This document shows positions 1-9,603 of a stretch of 64,000 nucleotides of DNA, piece by piece (position 1 is the first letter of the stretch; each line of letters opens with the position of its first letter). The DNA lies in assembly GCA_038228305.1 (NCBI GenBank), contig JBBRPI010000017.1, forward strand, positions 532 to 64,531, written 5' to 3'. A program made the position numbers and the translations under genes. Source of the DNA: Sphingomonadales bacterium. Its GTDB lineage: Bacteria; Pseudomonadota; Alphaproteobacteria; Sphingomonadales; Sphingomonadaceae. Under the pieces are notes generated by a model. It did not search any database, was not told the origin of the DNA, and saw only the letters and a program-made list of their open reading frames with translations.

Positions 1-633
1 GGTTGAATAGCCGAAATTGTGCAGTCCCTGCTGCAACTGCTTGACCAGCAATTCGCGCACCCATAGCCGCCCGGTCATCGCCTTTTTGGCAATTGATCCC
101 AGATACACCGGCAGCGGCGCGTGCAGCAGCAAGGCCTGCGCATCGGGCCGCATCATCAACATGCCCGGCGCCAGGCCATTGGCAAGATTGCTGGGTTTGA
201 TAACAACAGCTTCGCCGGGTGAAAACGGCCGGGCCAGCAGTTTCAAAAGATCATCGAGCACGGGGGCAATCTGCGCCGCGGTGCCACCGCGCAACTGCCA
301 GCCGATCAGATCATTGAACAGCGGCGGTTCCTTCAAACCCATCGCCACGCCGGGCAGATCAAAGGCGCGGGCCAGCACCGTTGAACAGCAAAACGCCGAA
401 TGAAAGATGAAATGCACCGGCCCCGTCTCGCGCCGTCCCGCCATGGCAACGCTGCGATTGACGATGCTGGGTTCGGTCTTGCCCAGATACTCATCCGTCA
501 CAAATGTCGCGGCACGATGCTGGGCGCGTGTCAGATGCCGAAACTGCACAGCGTCCTGGCCGGGGTCATATCGATATGGAAACCACAGTGGATCATGGCT
601 GATACCGGCGATATTCAGGGCTGGCGTCATCAT
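1..633 (-). CDS. Hypothetical protein, possibly sulfotransferase-like; truncated at the window edge
   Basis: My translation gives an open frame from ATG at 633 to base 1 (MMTPALNIAGISHDPLWFPYRYD...HFIFHSAFCCSTVLARAFD...VIKPSN). It is missing from the ORF track because no stop lies in the window. HSAFCCST resembles a sulfotransferase PAPS-binding loop. Confidence 0.7.
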   Translation of the reverse strand, partial: MMTPALNIAGISHDPLWFPYRYDPGQDAVQFRHLTRAQHRAATFVTDEYLGKTEPSIVNRSVAMAGRRETGPVHFIFHSAFCCSTVLARAFDLPGVAMGLKEPPLFNDLIGWQLRGGTAAQIAPVLDDLLKLLARPFSPGEAVVIKPSNLANGLAPGMLMMRPDAQALLLHAPLPVYLGSIAKKAMTGRLWVRELLVKQLQQGLHNFGYST

Positions 634-742
634 TCTGCCATTTGGCGACGTTAGCTTATAATCTCAACAGTCAATCACGGGCTTGCTGCAACGCACAAGT
701 TTTGCAATTGTAAACGCTGAAACGATTCGACGGGAGTATCAC

Positions 743-1009
743 GTGCGCACACTTCACATCATGCTGGCCATTTCCGGCCTTATGCTTTCCACCGTTGCGA
801 TGGCTGCGGAACAGACGCCAGCGACACCAGGTGCCGAAATTGATCCGATGCAGCAGATGGTCTGCCGTAAGGACAAGGAAACCGGGAGCCTGGTAAAGTC
901 CAAAAAGACTTGCCACACGCGGTCGCAATGGGCCTTTATTGACGATGAAAACCAGCGGACCAGCCGCAAGTTCGTTGAAGACAATTCGGGCCGGCCGACC
1001 AGCAATTGA
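743..1009 (+). CDS. Small secreted protein (sphingomonad-type, two Cys)
   Basis: GTG at 743 after GGGAG; signal-peptide-like N-terminus ending AMA; VCRKDKETGSLV..K.C.T..QW pattern. Confidence 0.7.
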   Translation: MRTLHIMLAISGLMLSTVAMAAEQTPATPGAEIDPMQQMVCRKDKETGSLVKSKKTCHTRSQWAFIDDENQRTSRKFVEDNSGRPTSN

Positions 1010-1024
1010 TCCGAAATTGAAGGT

Positions 1025-1049
1025 GCCTCCGGCGATTCTGACCGGAGGC
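1025..1049. terminator. Hairpin between convergent genes (likely bidirectional terminator)
   Basis: GCCTCCGG-N9-CCGGAGGC inverted repeat between the small ORF stop (1009) and the clpB stop (1057). Confidence 0.6.
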
Positions 1050-1056
1050 CGCTTTG

Positions 1057-3630
1057 TTAGACCGTCAGCGCCAGCCGCCCATCGCCTTCATCCACGTGCA
1101 CCGTGCAGCCGTCGGGGACTTCGCCCTTCAGGATCAGTTCGGCGAGCGGATCCTGCAGATGTTTCTGCACGGTGCGTTTCAGCGGCCGCGCGCCGTAAAC
1201 CGGATCATAGCCGACCCGCGCCAGCCAGCGCCGGGCGGCGTCGGTCAGGTCCAATGTGACCTTGCGATCGACCAGCAAAGTCTGGACGCGGGCAACCTGC
1301 AGATCAACGATTGGCGCCATCGCCGATTCGCCCAGCCGCTGGAACAGGATGATTTCATCCAGCCGATTGAGGAATTCCGGCCGGAAATGCCCGCGGACAA
1401 TCTCCATCACCTGCGCCTCGGCCTCGGCGACCGGCTGATCATCGCGCAGTGCGGCGATATATTGGCTGCCCAGGTTTGACGTCAGGATGATCAGCGTGTT
1501 GGTGAAATCCACTGTGCGGCCCTGGCCATCGGTAAGCCGGCCATCGTCGAGCACCTGCAACAACACGTTGAACACATCCGGATGGGCCTTTTCCACCTCA
1601 TCGAACAGCACGACCTGGTACGGTCGGCGCCGAACGGCCTCGGTCAGCACGCCGCCTTCTTCATAGCCGACATAGCCGGGAGGCGCGCCGATCAGGCGGG
1701 CAACGCTGTGTTTTTCCATGAATTCACTCATGTCCAACCGCACCATGGCGCGCGGATCATCGAACAGGAAATTCGCCAGCGCCTTGGTCAATTCGGTTTT
1801 GCCAACACCCGTCGGCCCCAGGAACAGGAAACTGCCGAGCGGGCGATTGGGGTCTTGCAGCCCGGCCCTCGCCCGCCGCACGGCCGACGATACGGCATGC
1901 ACGGCGGCCGGTTGGCCGATCACCTGCGCTGACAATATGTCTTCCATTTTCAGCAGTTTGTCGCGTTCACCCTCCAGCATCCGGTCGACCGGAATGCCGG
2001 TCCAGCGTGACACCACCGCAGCAATGTCATCGGCGGTGACTTCCTCACGCGTCATCGCATTGGCGGTGGCCACCTCGGCGTCGGCCAGGGCGCGTTCCAG
2101 TTCGGGAATCCGGCCATAGGTCAGCTCGCCCGCCTTGGCGAAATCACCGCTGCGCTGCGCCTGGTCAACCTCCAGCCGCGCCGTGTCGAGCTGTTCCTTG
2201 ATTTTGGTGGCGGCGGCAAGCTTGTCCTTTTCGCCCTGCCAGCGCAGCGTCAGCGCCCCGGATTGTTCCTCCAGGTCGGCCAATTCGGTGCGCAAGGCGG
2301 TCAGCCGGTCCTTTGACGCCGCATCGGTTTCGCGTTCCAATGCGCCGGCCTCGATCTTCAACTGGATGATGCGGCGATCGAGGTTTTCGATCTCCTCGGG
2401 TTTTGATTCGACCTCCATGCGCAGCCGCGATGCCGCTTCGTCCATCAGATCAATCGCCTTGTCGGGCATGAAGCGATCCGAAATATAGCGGTTGGACAGG
2501 GTGGCCGCGGCGACAATCGCGCCATCGGTGATGCGCACGCCGTGGTGCAGTTCGTATTTTTCCTTCAGGCCGCGCAGAATCGAAATCGTGTCCTCAACGC
2601 TTGGCTCGCCGACCATCACCGGCTGGAATCGGCGTTCCAGCGCCGCGTCCTTTTCGACATATTTGCGATATTCGTTCAACGTCGTCGCGCCGATGCAATG
2701 CAGCTCGCCGCGTGCCAGCGCCGGTTTGAGCAGGTTCGATGCATCCATAGACCCTTCCGAAGCGCCGGCCCCGACAAGCGTGTGCATTTCATCGATAAAC
2801 AGCACGACGTCGGAGCCTTCGGCGCGGACTTCATCGAGCACGCCCTTCAGCCGTTCTTCAAATTCGCCGCGATATTTGGCGCCGGCGATCAACGCGCCCA
2901 TATCCAGCGACATCAGGCGCTTGTCCTTCAGGCCATCGGGCACGTCGCCATTGGCAATGCGCAGCGCCAGCCCTTCGACGACCGCCGTCTTGCCAACGCC
3001 GGGTTCACCGATCAGTACCGGGTTGTTCTTGGTGCGGCGCGCGAGCACCTGGATCGTGCGGCGGATTTCTTCATCGCGACCGATGACCGGATCCAGCTTG
3101 CCATCCCGCGCCGCCTGGGTCAGATCGCGGGCATATTTGTTCAGCGCGTCAAACTGCGCCTCGGCCCCGGCGCTGTCGGCGCTGCGGCCCTTGCGGGTGG
3201 TTTCGATTGTGGTGTTCAGCGCCTGCGCCGTCACCCCGGCCTTGGCCAGCGCCTTGCCGGCCTCGGTCGTCGTCGCCAGGGTCAGCGCGACGAGCAGGCG
3301 TTCGACGGTGACGAACGAATCCTTGGCCTTGGCGGCAATCGCTTCGGCATTGTCGAGCACCCGCACCGTGTCATTGTCCCAGGCCAGCGACTGCGCGCCC
3401 GCACCGGACACCTGGGCGATCTTGGCCAGCGCCTGATCGGTCAATTGCGTCGCGGTCGCCGGGTTGCCGCCAGAGGCACGAATCAGGTTCGCCGCCATCC
3501 CCTCCTCATCCTCCAGCAGAGCCTTCAACACATGTTCGGGCGCAACGCGTTGATGGTTATTGCGGATGGCAACCGTCTGCGCCGATTGCAGAAATCCCTT
3601 GGCGCGATCGGTGAATTTTTCGAGGTTCAT
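1057..3630 (-). CDS. clpB: ATP-dependent chaperone ClpB
   Basis: MNLEKFT start; two AAA+ modules ([16 protein letters not shown]); [13 protein letters not shown]; coiled-coil middle domain; GARPLKR. Confidence 0.98.
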   Translation of the reverse strand: MNLEKFTDRAKGFLQSAQTVAIRNNHQRVAPEHVLKALLEDEEGMAANLIRASGGNPATATQLTDQALAKIAQVSGAGAQSLAWDNDTVRVLDNAEAIAAKAKDSFVTVERLLVALTLATTTEAGKALAKAGVTAQALNTTIETTRKGRSADSAGAEAQFDALNKYARDLTQAARDGKLDPVIGRDEEIRRTIQVLARRTKNNPVLIGEPGVGKTAVVEGLALRIANGDVPDGLKDKRLMSLDMGALIAGAKYRGEFEERLKGVLDEVRAEGSDVVLFIDEMHTLVGAGASEGSMDASNLLKPALARGELHCIGATTLNEYRKYVEKDAALERRFQPVMVGEPSVEDTISILRGLKEKYELHHGVRITDGAIVAAATLSNRYISDRFMPDKAIDLMDEAASRLRMEVESKPEEIENLDRRIIQLKIEAGALERETDAASKDRLTALRTELADLEEQSGALTLRWQGEKDKLAAATKIKEQLDTARLEVDQAQRSGDFAKAGELTYGRIPELERALADAEVATANAMTREEVTADDIAAVVSRWTGIPVDRMLEGERDKLLKMEDILSAQVIGQPAAVHAVSSAVRRARAGLQDPNRPLGSFLFLGPTGVGKTELTKALANFLFDDPRAMVRLDMSEFMEKHSVARLIGAPPGYVGYEEGGVLTEAVRRRPYQVVLFDEVEKAHPDVFNVLLQVLDDGRLTDGQGRTVDFTNTLIILTSNLGSQYIAALRDDQPVAEAEAQVMEIVRGHFRPEFLNRLDEIILFQRLGESAMAPIVDLQVARVQTLLVDRKVTLDLTDAARRWLARVGYDPVYGARPLKRTVQKHLQDPLAELILKGEVPDGCTVHVDEGDGRLALTV

Positions 3631-3653
3631 GCGGGCATCTCCTGTGCCGCTCG

Positions 3654-3681
3654 ATATGGTGTGGTAATCGGGCAACACAAG
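3654..3681 (-). promoter_or_regulatory. Putative RpoH (sigma32) promoter of clpB
   Basis: The minus strand reads CTTG-N18-CCATAT about 25 nt upstream of the clpB ATG, resembling alphaproteobacterial heat-shock promoters. Confidence 0.6.
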
Positions 3682-3806
3682 GGGGACGGCGCAGGAAAGC
3701 GCCTTCGGCGGCGGGGCCGTTGCGCCGGGTGGCAGGCTGCGTGGCCCTGCACTGTCTGGCGCGCAACGCGGCGGCGCCGGCCAAAGCCAATTCTTGGCCC
3801 GGTCCG

Positions 3807-4169
3807 TTACACCGGCTCCATCAGTTCGATACGATTGCCGAACGGGTCGTTGACGTAACAGCGATGATAGCCTGAAAGTGGCTCGTCCCCGACGATTTGA
3901 TAACCAGCGCCTGCCAGCCGGGCAATCAGTTCGGGAAGGCCGCTGACCGTCAGCGCGAGATGGGCCTTTTTCGCAGGCCGAAAATCATGGTCCACGCCAA
4001 GATGTATTTTCAAAGCATCGCGCTCAAACCAGCAGCCGCCCCGTGTCGCAAGGTTCGGCGGCTTTGCAACTTCGGGAATGCCCAGCACATTAGTGAAAAA
4101 GGCGCGCGCCGCCGCCTCACCACCGGCGGGCATCGCGAGCTGAACATGGTTCAAAGCCTCTATGCGCAT
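3807..4169 (-). CDS. VOC/glyoxalase family protein
   Basis: LNHVQLAMP...FFTNVLG...GGCWF...IHLG...HLAL...YVNDPFGNRIEL motifs. Confidence 0.9.
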   Translation of the reverse strand: MRIEALNHVQLAMPAGGEAAARAFFTNVLGIPEVAKPPNLATRGGCWFERDALKIHLGVDHDFRPAKKAHLALTVSGLPELIARLAGAGYQIVGDEPLSGYHRCYVNDPFGNRIELMEPV

Positions 4170-4267
4170 GTTGCGGAGCGTAACGCCAATTGATGATCCG
4201 GGCGACCATTATTGGTCAGCCCCGCCTCTTTTGCCTGCTGCAGGGTGAATTTAGGCCACATCCTGAC

Positions 4268-4351
4268 GATAATACCTTATCGGGCATCAAAAAGGCCGCT
4301 GGTGGCTCTGGTGTTTCGAGCAGGAGTCGGCATCAACGAGAGTTGAGATAA
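4268..4351 (-). repeat. Dispersed 84-nt intergenic element, copy 1
   Basis: Its reverse complement aligns without gaps to 25981-26064 at 64/84 identity (counted by hand). Confidence 0.8.
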
Positions 4352-4363
4352 CAGGCGCTGACC

Positions 4364-5575
4364 CTAACGCGGCTGCGGCACCGGTGCTGCCGCCCCCGGC
4401 TTGCGCACAATCCCCGCCAGCACCGTGTTGATCAGCTTTGCATTGTCCCATTCCGGTGTCCGCGGCGGGCTGTCGCCGGTGCGCAGCACGATCAATTTCT
4501 GCGATGGCACGATGTAAACAATCTGGTCGGAATTTCCGTCAAACATCACCACATCATCAGCCAGATAGGGTTCGGAATGCAGCACTTTCGGCAATGGCCG
4601 GCCAGGGTTGGCAAAGCCGCGCCGTTCGATGTATTGGCCGCCAATCCACAGCCCAAGGCCATAATGCGGGTTTTGCGCGGTGGGGGTTTTCATCGCGGCA
4701 ACATACCCGACGGGCAACAGGCGTTTCCCGGCCCAGATGCCGTCGTTGATGACCAGCATCGCCATCCTGGCATAGGTTTGCGCCGGCAACAGCGCGCAGC
4801 AGCCGCTGTGCGCCAGGCCGCCGGGGCGATTGTTCCACACCTGCCCGCCGGCAGCGCCAATCGGTTTCAGCACTTCGCTGCCGATGAATTCGGCATAGCG
4901 CCGCCCGGTGGCGCGTTCGATGACCAGCGCCACCAGTTCGGCAGTGGCATTGTTATATTCGTAAATGCTGCCGGGCGCATCGGTCAGCGGGTAATCGTCG
5001 ATGATGATGCGGTCGTGATAGGGGTGAAGATAGGCACGGCTCCACGGGTTTTGCGGATCGGCGGAATTGCCCTGTGCGAGCAGCCCGGATCGCATGTCGA
5101 GCAAATGGCGGACCAGGATGGCGCCCTTGGGCTGCCCGCGCAGTTCGGCGATGAAATCGCTGATCGGTTGGTCGAGTGACTTGATCTTGCCCAGTTTTAT
5201 CGCCCGGCCGATGGCCAGCGCGGTGATCGGTTTGGCCAGCGATTTCGAAACGATCAGCGTCGCCGCATCGGCGCCACCGAAATAGCGTTCGGTCTGCACC
5301 TCGCCATTATGGATGACGATGAAGGCGCTGGATTTGTTGGCGGCGGCATAGGCGGCGGCGGCATCGAGTGCAGCCGCCGTTATGCTGGGGGTAGCGGCCA
5401 CGGGCAGCGGCTTGAAGGCGGCGCCAGCGACCGTTTCCAGCGGATCATAACGGCTCAATTCGCCTTTGCCGCTGGTCGCTATGTCCTGAAACCGGGTGAG
5501 ATACACTGCCTCGACTTCGGGTGGATAGGTCGCGGCCATCAGCAGCGGGGCCAGCAACAACAGCAAGCGGCGCAT
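4364..5575 (-). CDS. Secreted serine hydrolase, class C beta-lactamase-like family
   Basis: Signal peptide MRRLLLLLAPLLMAA; SxxK (SLAK) and YxN (YNN) motifs; YGLGLW. The ORF-track extension to 6154 is judged spurious. Confidence 0.88.
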   Translation of the reverse strand: MRRLLLLLAPLLMAATYPPEVEAVYLTRFQDIATSGKGELSRYDPLETVAGAAFKPLPVAATPSITAAALDAAAAYAAANKSSAFIVIHNGEVQTERYFGGADAATLIVSKSLAKPITALAIGRAIKLGKIKSLDQPISDFIAELRGQPKGAILVRHLLDMRSGLLAQGNSADPQNPWSRAYLHPYHDRIIIDDYPLTDAPGSIYEYNNATAELVALVIERATGRRYAEFIGSEVLKPIGAAGGQVWNNRPGGLAHSGCCALLPAQTYARMAMLVINDGIWAGKRLLPVGYVAAMKTPTAQNPHYGLGLWIGGQYIERRGFANPGRPLPKVLHSEPYLADDVVMFDGNSDQIVYIVPSQKLIVLRTGDSPPRTPEWDNAKLINTVLAGIVRKPGAAAPVPQPR

Positions 5576-5731
5576 ATTTGTCCCCCGATTTTCACCAACA
5601 CAGACTGGCGCAGCAGCGGTGCCGGGCCAGCATCGCCCCGCCATCAATCCGCCCAGCGGATAAAACCGCGACATTGCGGTTTGCCCAGCGTTGCGCCACC
5701 CTAGCATGATCGCTGCAAGGGGGGGCAGATC

Positions 5732-6970
5732 ATGGCAGCACGCCGTTACGGGCAAGACAGCATCATCGCCGGCTGGCTGGTGGCAATCGCCTATCTGGCG
5801 CACCAGCAGTTGACGGTGTTTCTGGCGCGCAGCGATCGTTTTGGGCCGCTGCGAGAGGATTATCGCGGCTGGCACTATTTGCTTGGCACGCTGGCCTTTG
5901 CTGCGGTGGCCTGGCGGCTGTGGCTGTGGCGGCGTGATGGCGCCGTCGCCCCGGCGATGGGCGTATCTGCGGCGGCGCACAATTGGGGGCGCTGGCTGGC
6001 GCTGATTTCCTATTGTCTGATCTTTGCCGCGCCGTTCCTGGGGGTGTTTTACGCTTGGTCGGACGAACTGAAAATCCATCTGGGGCCGTTTGTGACCCTG
6101 CCCAGCCTGATGCCGCGTAGCCGGGCGGTATGGATGTTTACCGGCTATTTTCATTCCGGCCTCGGCTTTATGCTGATGGTGATCACGGTCGCGGCGGTGC
6201 TGACACTGGGGTATAATCTGCTGCGCCGGGGCAAGGGAATGCTGGCGGTGATGCCGCCTGGGTTTGGCCCGCAGGTTGTGTTGGGCATGGCATCAACGGT
6301 TTATGCGTTTTCAACGTTTCGTTCGCCCGCGCCGGGGCCTCGAGCGCTGGCGATCTTCTTTGGGATTTGCGCGCTGGTCTGGGGCCTATCCTGGCTCATC
6401 CACCGCAACCGCCGCGATGTTGATGCGCGATTGCCGTTGGGCGGTTTTGCCCGCGTTGCCGCCCCGGTGGCGGCGCTGTCGCTGCTCGGACTGGGCGGCT
6501 ATGGGCCGCACGCCTTGTTCAAGGTGACGCCATGGCCGATGGGCGAAACGGTGAAGGCACCAGAGGGCGTGACATCGCATGAGATGCCGGCGACCCCGGT
6601 GGTGATGACCCCTGAAACCCCATTCGAGCGGCAGGTGAGGGCCGAAACCTATAAATGGTGCCGGTTCTGCCATACTGTTGCGAAAAATGGCCCGCATCTG
6701 GTTGGCCCAAATCTATATGGCATTTTCGGTCAGCGCGCCGGCACCGTGCCCAATTTCACCTATTCGACCGCGCTCGCCGATGCCGGGCGCAAGGGGCTGG
6801 TGTGGACGCCGGAACGCATCGCCTGGTATATTGCCGATCCCCAGAAACATCTGCCCGGCACCGCGATGATCGTGTCTTCGGGGCCAATTCCCGATCCAAA
6901 GGTGCAGGTGGCGGTGGTGAATATCCTGCGCCGCGAAACCATGGCGGATGGGGTTCAGCCGGCGCCGTGA
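5732..6970 (+). CDS. Cytochrome b561-like membrane domain fused to a class I c-type cytochrome
   Basis: About 7 TM segments with WHYLLG and GYFHSG; C-terminal CRFCH heme motif followed by GPNLYGIFGQRAG and PGTAM (axial Met), as in cytochrome c2. Confidence 0.85.
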   Translation: MAARRYGQDSIIAGWLVAIAYLAHQQLTVFLARSDRFGPLREDYRGWHYLLGTLAFAAVAWRLWLWRRDGAVAPAMGVSAAAHNWGRWLALISYCLIFAAPFLGVFYAWSDELKIHLGPFVTLPSLMPRSRAVWMFTGYFHSGLGFMLMVITVAAVLTLGYNLLRRGKGMLAVMPPGFGPQVVLGMASTVYAFSTFRSPAPGPRALAIFFGICALVWGLSWLIHRNRRDVDARLPLGGFARVAAPVAALSLLGLGGYGPHALFKVTPWPMGETVKAPEGVTSHEMPATPVVMTPETPFERQVRAETYKWCRFCHTVAKNGPHLVGPNLYGIFGQRAGTVPNFTYSTALADAGRKGLVWTPERIAWYIADPQKHLPGTAMIVSSGPIPDPKVQVAVVNILRRETMADGVQPAP

Positions 6971-6976
6971 CGCCCG

Positions 6977-7864
6977 CTATGCCGCGCCGGCAAGCACGCC
7001 GGCTGCGCGTGCGAAATCGATGATCAGCGCGGCATGTTCTGCCGGTGCTTCCTCATGCGCCAGATGGCCGAGCTTTGGCAGCAGCATCAGCGTCGGCAGC
7101 GGCAGTTTTGCTGCGACCTGGCGGGATGTGCTGGCCGGCACTGTCGCATCGCGCTCACCGTGGATCAACAGCACCGGGGTTTGCAAACCGGCGAGCCCGC
7201 GTTCGACCGGCACCAGATCCCAATGTGCCATCAGCGCCAGCGCGCCATGAACATGGCCGGAATTGGCCATCAACCGCGCATACAGCGCCATGCCGATGGG
7301 ATCGACGCGGGATCCGGTTGATCGGGGCAGGAACGATCCGATCATGCCGGGCTGGCGCGCGCCGAACGCAAACAGGCTGGGGGTGATCGGATTGTCAAAC
7401 AATATCCGCGCCATGGCTGGGAACAATTTGCCTGCCATGTCAGCGAAAGGCAGCAGCGCGCCGCACAGGCTGATCAGCGCCTGCGGTTTGGCCAGGCCCA
7501 GATCGGCCATGGTGACGGCGATTGCGGCACCGGCGGAATGGCCGGCGATGATCGCCGGCTGCAGGTCCAGCGCGGTCATCAGCGCCGACAGCGCCCGGCT
7601 GACGGCGGGCAGATTCGGGCGTTTCAGGGCGCTGGTAAAACCATGGCCGGGAAGGTCAGGCGCAACAACGGTGAAATGTTCGGCAAGCAACGGCGCCAGA
7701 TCGCGCCAGCTATGGGTTGAGGCAGCGGTGCCGTGGAGCAGGAGCAGCACGGGGCCGTTTCCCATCACCTGCACATGCCATTTCAGCTCGCCGCCGTCGA
7801 CAAAGCGGCTGCTGGCGGCGTTTGGCCAATCCCTGCCGTCAGTGCTCCAGCGCAGCGCCGTCAT
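6977..7864 (-). CDS. bchO: BchO alpha/beta hydrolase (Mg-chelatase-associated)
   Basis: WPNAASSRFV, LLLHGTAASTHSWRD, GHSAG nucleophile elbow, GHLAHEE; lies directly after bchD with a 4-nt overlap. Confidence 0.93.
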   Translation of the reverse strand: MTALRWSTDGRDWPNAASSRFVDGGELKWHVQVMGNGPVLLLLHGTAASTHSWRDLAPLLAEHFTVVAPDLPGHGFTSALKRPNLPAVSRALSALMTALDLQPAIIAGHSAGAAIAVTMADLGLAKPQALISLCGALLPFADMAGKLFPAMARILFDNPITPSLFAFGARQPGMIGSFLPRSTGSRVDPIGMALYARLMANSGHVHGALALMAHWDLVPVERGLAGLQTPVLLIHGERDATVPASTSRQVAAKLPLPTLMLLPKLGHLAHEEAPAEHAALIIDFARAAGVLAGAA

Positions 7865-9603
7865 GATGCGGCATTCACCGCGGCGACGACGGCGCGGGCA
7901 TCAAGCCGGGGCAGCGCGACAAAGCGCGCACCCATCGCGGCGGCCAACGCTGCACCTTCCGGGCGCGGGCGTGGGCTGCAATCGATGAACACGGCTGAAA
8001 TTCCTGTGCTTCCCAGGGTGCGCGCGCTGGCCAGCGCCAATTCCTGCGGGTTTGTGCCGCCGACATTGGCGCGGCCATCGGTCAGGATGACAATCAATGG
8101 CGTACGGCCCCGCGCGCGCTCAGCTTCGGCCACCTTGCGCGCCATGTCGATGCCCGCTGCCATCGGCGTGCCGCCGCCACCGGCCAGCGCCGCCAGTTCG
8201 CGTTTGGCGCGGGCCAGCGATCGGGTGGGCGGCAGGGTGATCGCCGCCGCATCGCCGCGAAACGCCACCAGTGCGACTTCGGCACGTTTGACATAGGCCT
8301 GGGCAAGCAGCAGTTCGACGGCGCCCTTTGCCTCGGAAAGCCGGGAAAAGGCTGCGGACCCTGATGCATCGACGGCAAAGATCGTCGTCGATTGGGCACG
8401 CGCGACAAAGCGGCGGATGCGCAGATCGTCATGGCGGATCGACAGCCGGCCATCCTCGCGCCGGGGTCGCAATTTCTGCCAGGGGGCGGCGGTCTTGATG
8501 GTTTCGATCAGTGCCAGCCTTGCGCCGCGCCCCGGCGCCCCGGCGCGCACCCCGGCGGGGCGGCCCGATGTCAGCGATTTCAGTTTTGCGCCCGAACTGC
8601 CGCTGCCCGGCGATTTCATCTGGATGCCATTGGCCAGGGCATCGAGCAGGCCCGGCGGCAAGCAAGTCTGGGCGGCATCCAGCACGATATCGGTCGGATC
8701 GGGCGGCGGCTGGTCGGGCGTATCGGGGCTGTCATTGGCACTGTCATCTGATGGGGGCGGCGGCTCGGGCGGTTGATCGGGGGCTTCCTCCGGCGACGGC
8801 GGCGCGTCACCGGGGGGCAGGCGCGTGGCGCGCGGGCCCAGCACCAGCGCAGCAGCAGCCTCGATGTCGCCGGCCGCAATCGCCCTGCGGCCATCCAGTG
8901 CGGCATGGGCATAGGCCAATCGCTGTGCCTGGATCGGGGCACGGATCGAATCGATGCCGAGCAACAGCGCCGCCGAAGCCAGCGCCGCCGACGCATCGTC
9001 GATCGGTTCGCCGGCCTCGATATCGTTCACCTGTGGCGGAAATCCGGTTTCGCCGGCCAGCAGCGCCGCCATCGGCAAGCGGACGTCATTCAGATCGAGA
9101 TGGATCGCCAGCCGGTCAGCCAGCGCCGCCGAAACATGCGCATCACCGTCGCCCGCCGCATCCGATTCATCGAACAGCACCAGCCGCAGGCCAGTGTCAT
9201 CCAGCGCCATGGCAAGCCGGGCGGCGAGCGCCGGCGACAGGCGTTCCGCCATCGGCACCAGCAGAATGCCGCCGCCAATTTCGGCCAGCAGGCCGTGTTT
9301 GCGCACCGGGCGGCCGCTGGCCAGCGTTGCCGTCAGGTCCAGCCCGCCATCCAGCGCCTCCGCATCGGCGCTGGCGGGCAGGCGTCGGATTGTCGCGACC
9401 ATGGCCAGCGCCGCCGCCCAGGCATCCCGCACCGGGCCGGGGCGGGCGCGCAGCACGATACCGCCAAGGCCAGCGGGGGTTGCGACCAGAATTTCGATCG
9501 CGGTCAGCGCCAGTGCCCAGCGGGTGGCGCTGGCCGCGGCCTGAGAATTGGCCGCGACGGCGTCATCTGCCTTTGGCGGCGGAGACAGCGCCGTGTCGAT
9601 CAC
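7861..9603 (-). CDS. bchD: Magnesium chelatase subunit D
   Basis: Degenerate AAA N-terminus, Pro/acidic linker, C-terminal vWA domain (FAVDASGS, GGGTP, LTDGRAN). Confidence 0.96.
   Translation of the reverse strand: MIDTALSPPPKADDAVAANSQAAASATRWALALTAIEILVATPAGLGGIVLRARPGPVRDAWAAALAMVATIRRLPASADAEALDGGLDLTATLASGRPVRKHGLLAEIGGGILLVPMAERLSPALAARLAMALDDTGLRLVLFDESDAAGDGDAHVSAALADRLAIHLDLNDVRLPMAALLAGETGFPPQVNDIEAGEPIDDASAALASAALLLGIDSIRAPIQAQRLAYAHAALDGRRAIAAGDIEAAAALVLGPRATRLPPGDAPPSPEEAPDQPPEPPPPSDDSANDSPDTPDQPPPDPTDIVLDAAQTCLPPGLLDALANGIQMKSPGSGSSGAKLKSLTSGRPAGVRAGAPGRGARLALIETIKTAAPWQKLRPRREDGRLSIRHDDLRIRRFVARAQSTTIFAVDASGSAAFSRLSEAKGAVELLLAQAYVKRAEVALVAFRGDAAAITLPPTRSLARAKRELAALAGGGGTPMAAGIDMARKVAEAERARGRTPLIVILTDGRANVGGTNPQELALASARTLGSTGISAVFIDCSPRPRPEGAALAAAMGARFVALPRLDARAVVAAVNAAS

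Noticed and set aside
2492-3858. Long antisense ORFs over clpB (similar ones over gyrB, gshA, the TBDRs and RND genes)
   Set aside because: Expected from high-GC codon bias, which depletes stops on the opposite strand; no motifs or RBS.
5576-6154. N-terminal extension of the serine hydrolase ORF
   Set aside because: Overlaps the cytochrome gene on the other strand; a clean signal peptide starts at 5575.
8680-8820. Pro/acidic low-complexity stretch in bchD
   Set aside because: This is the normal linker of Mg-chelatase D subunits.
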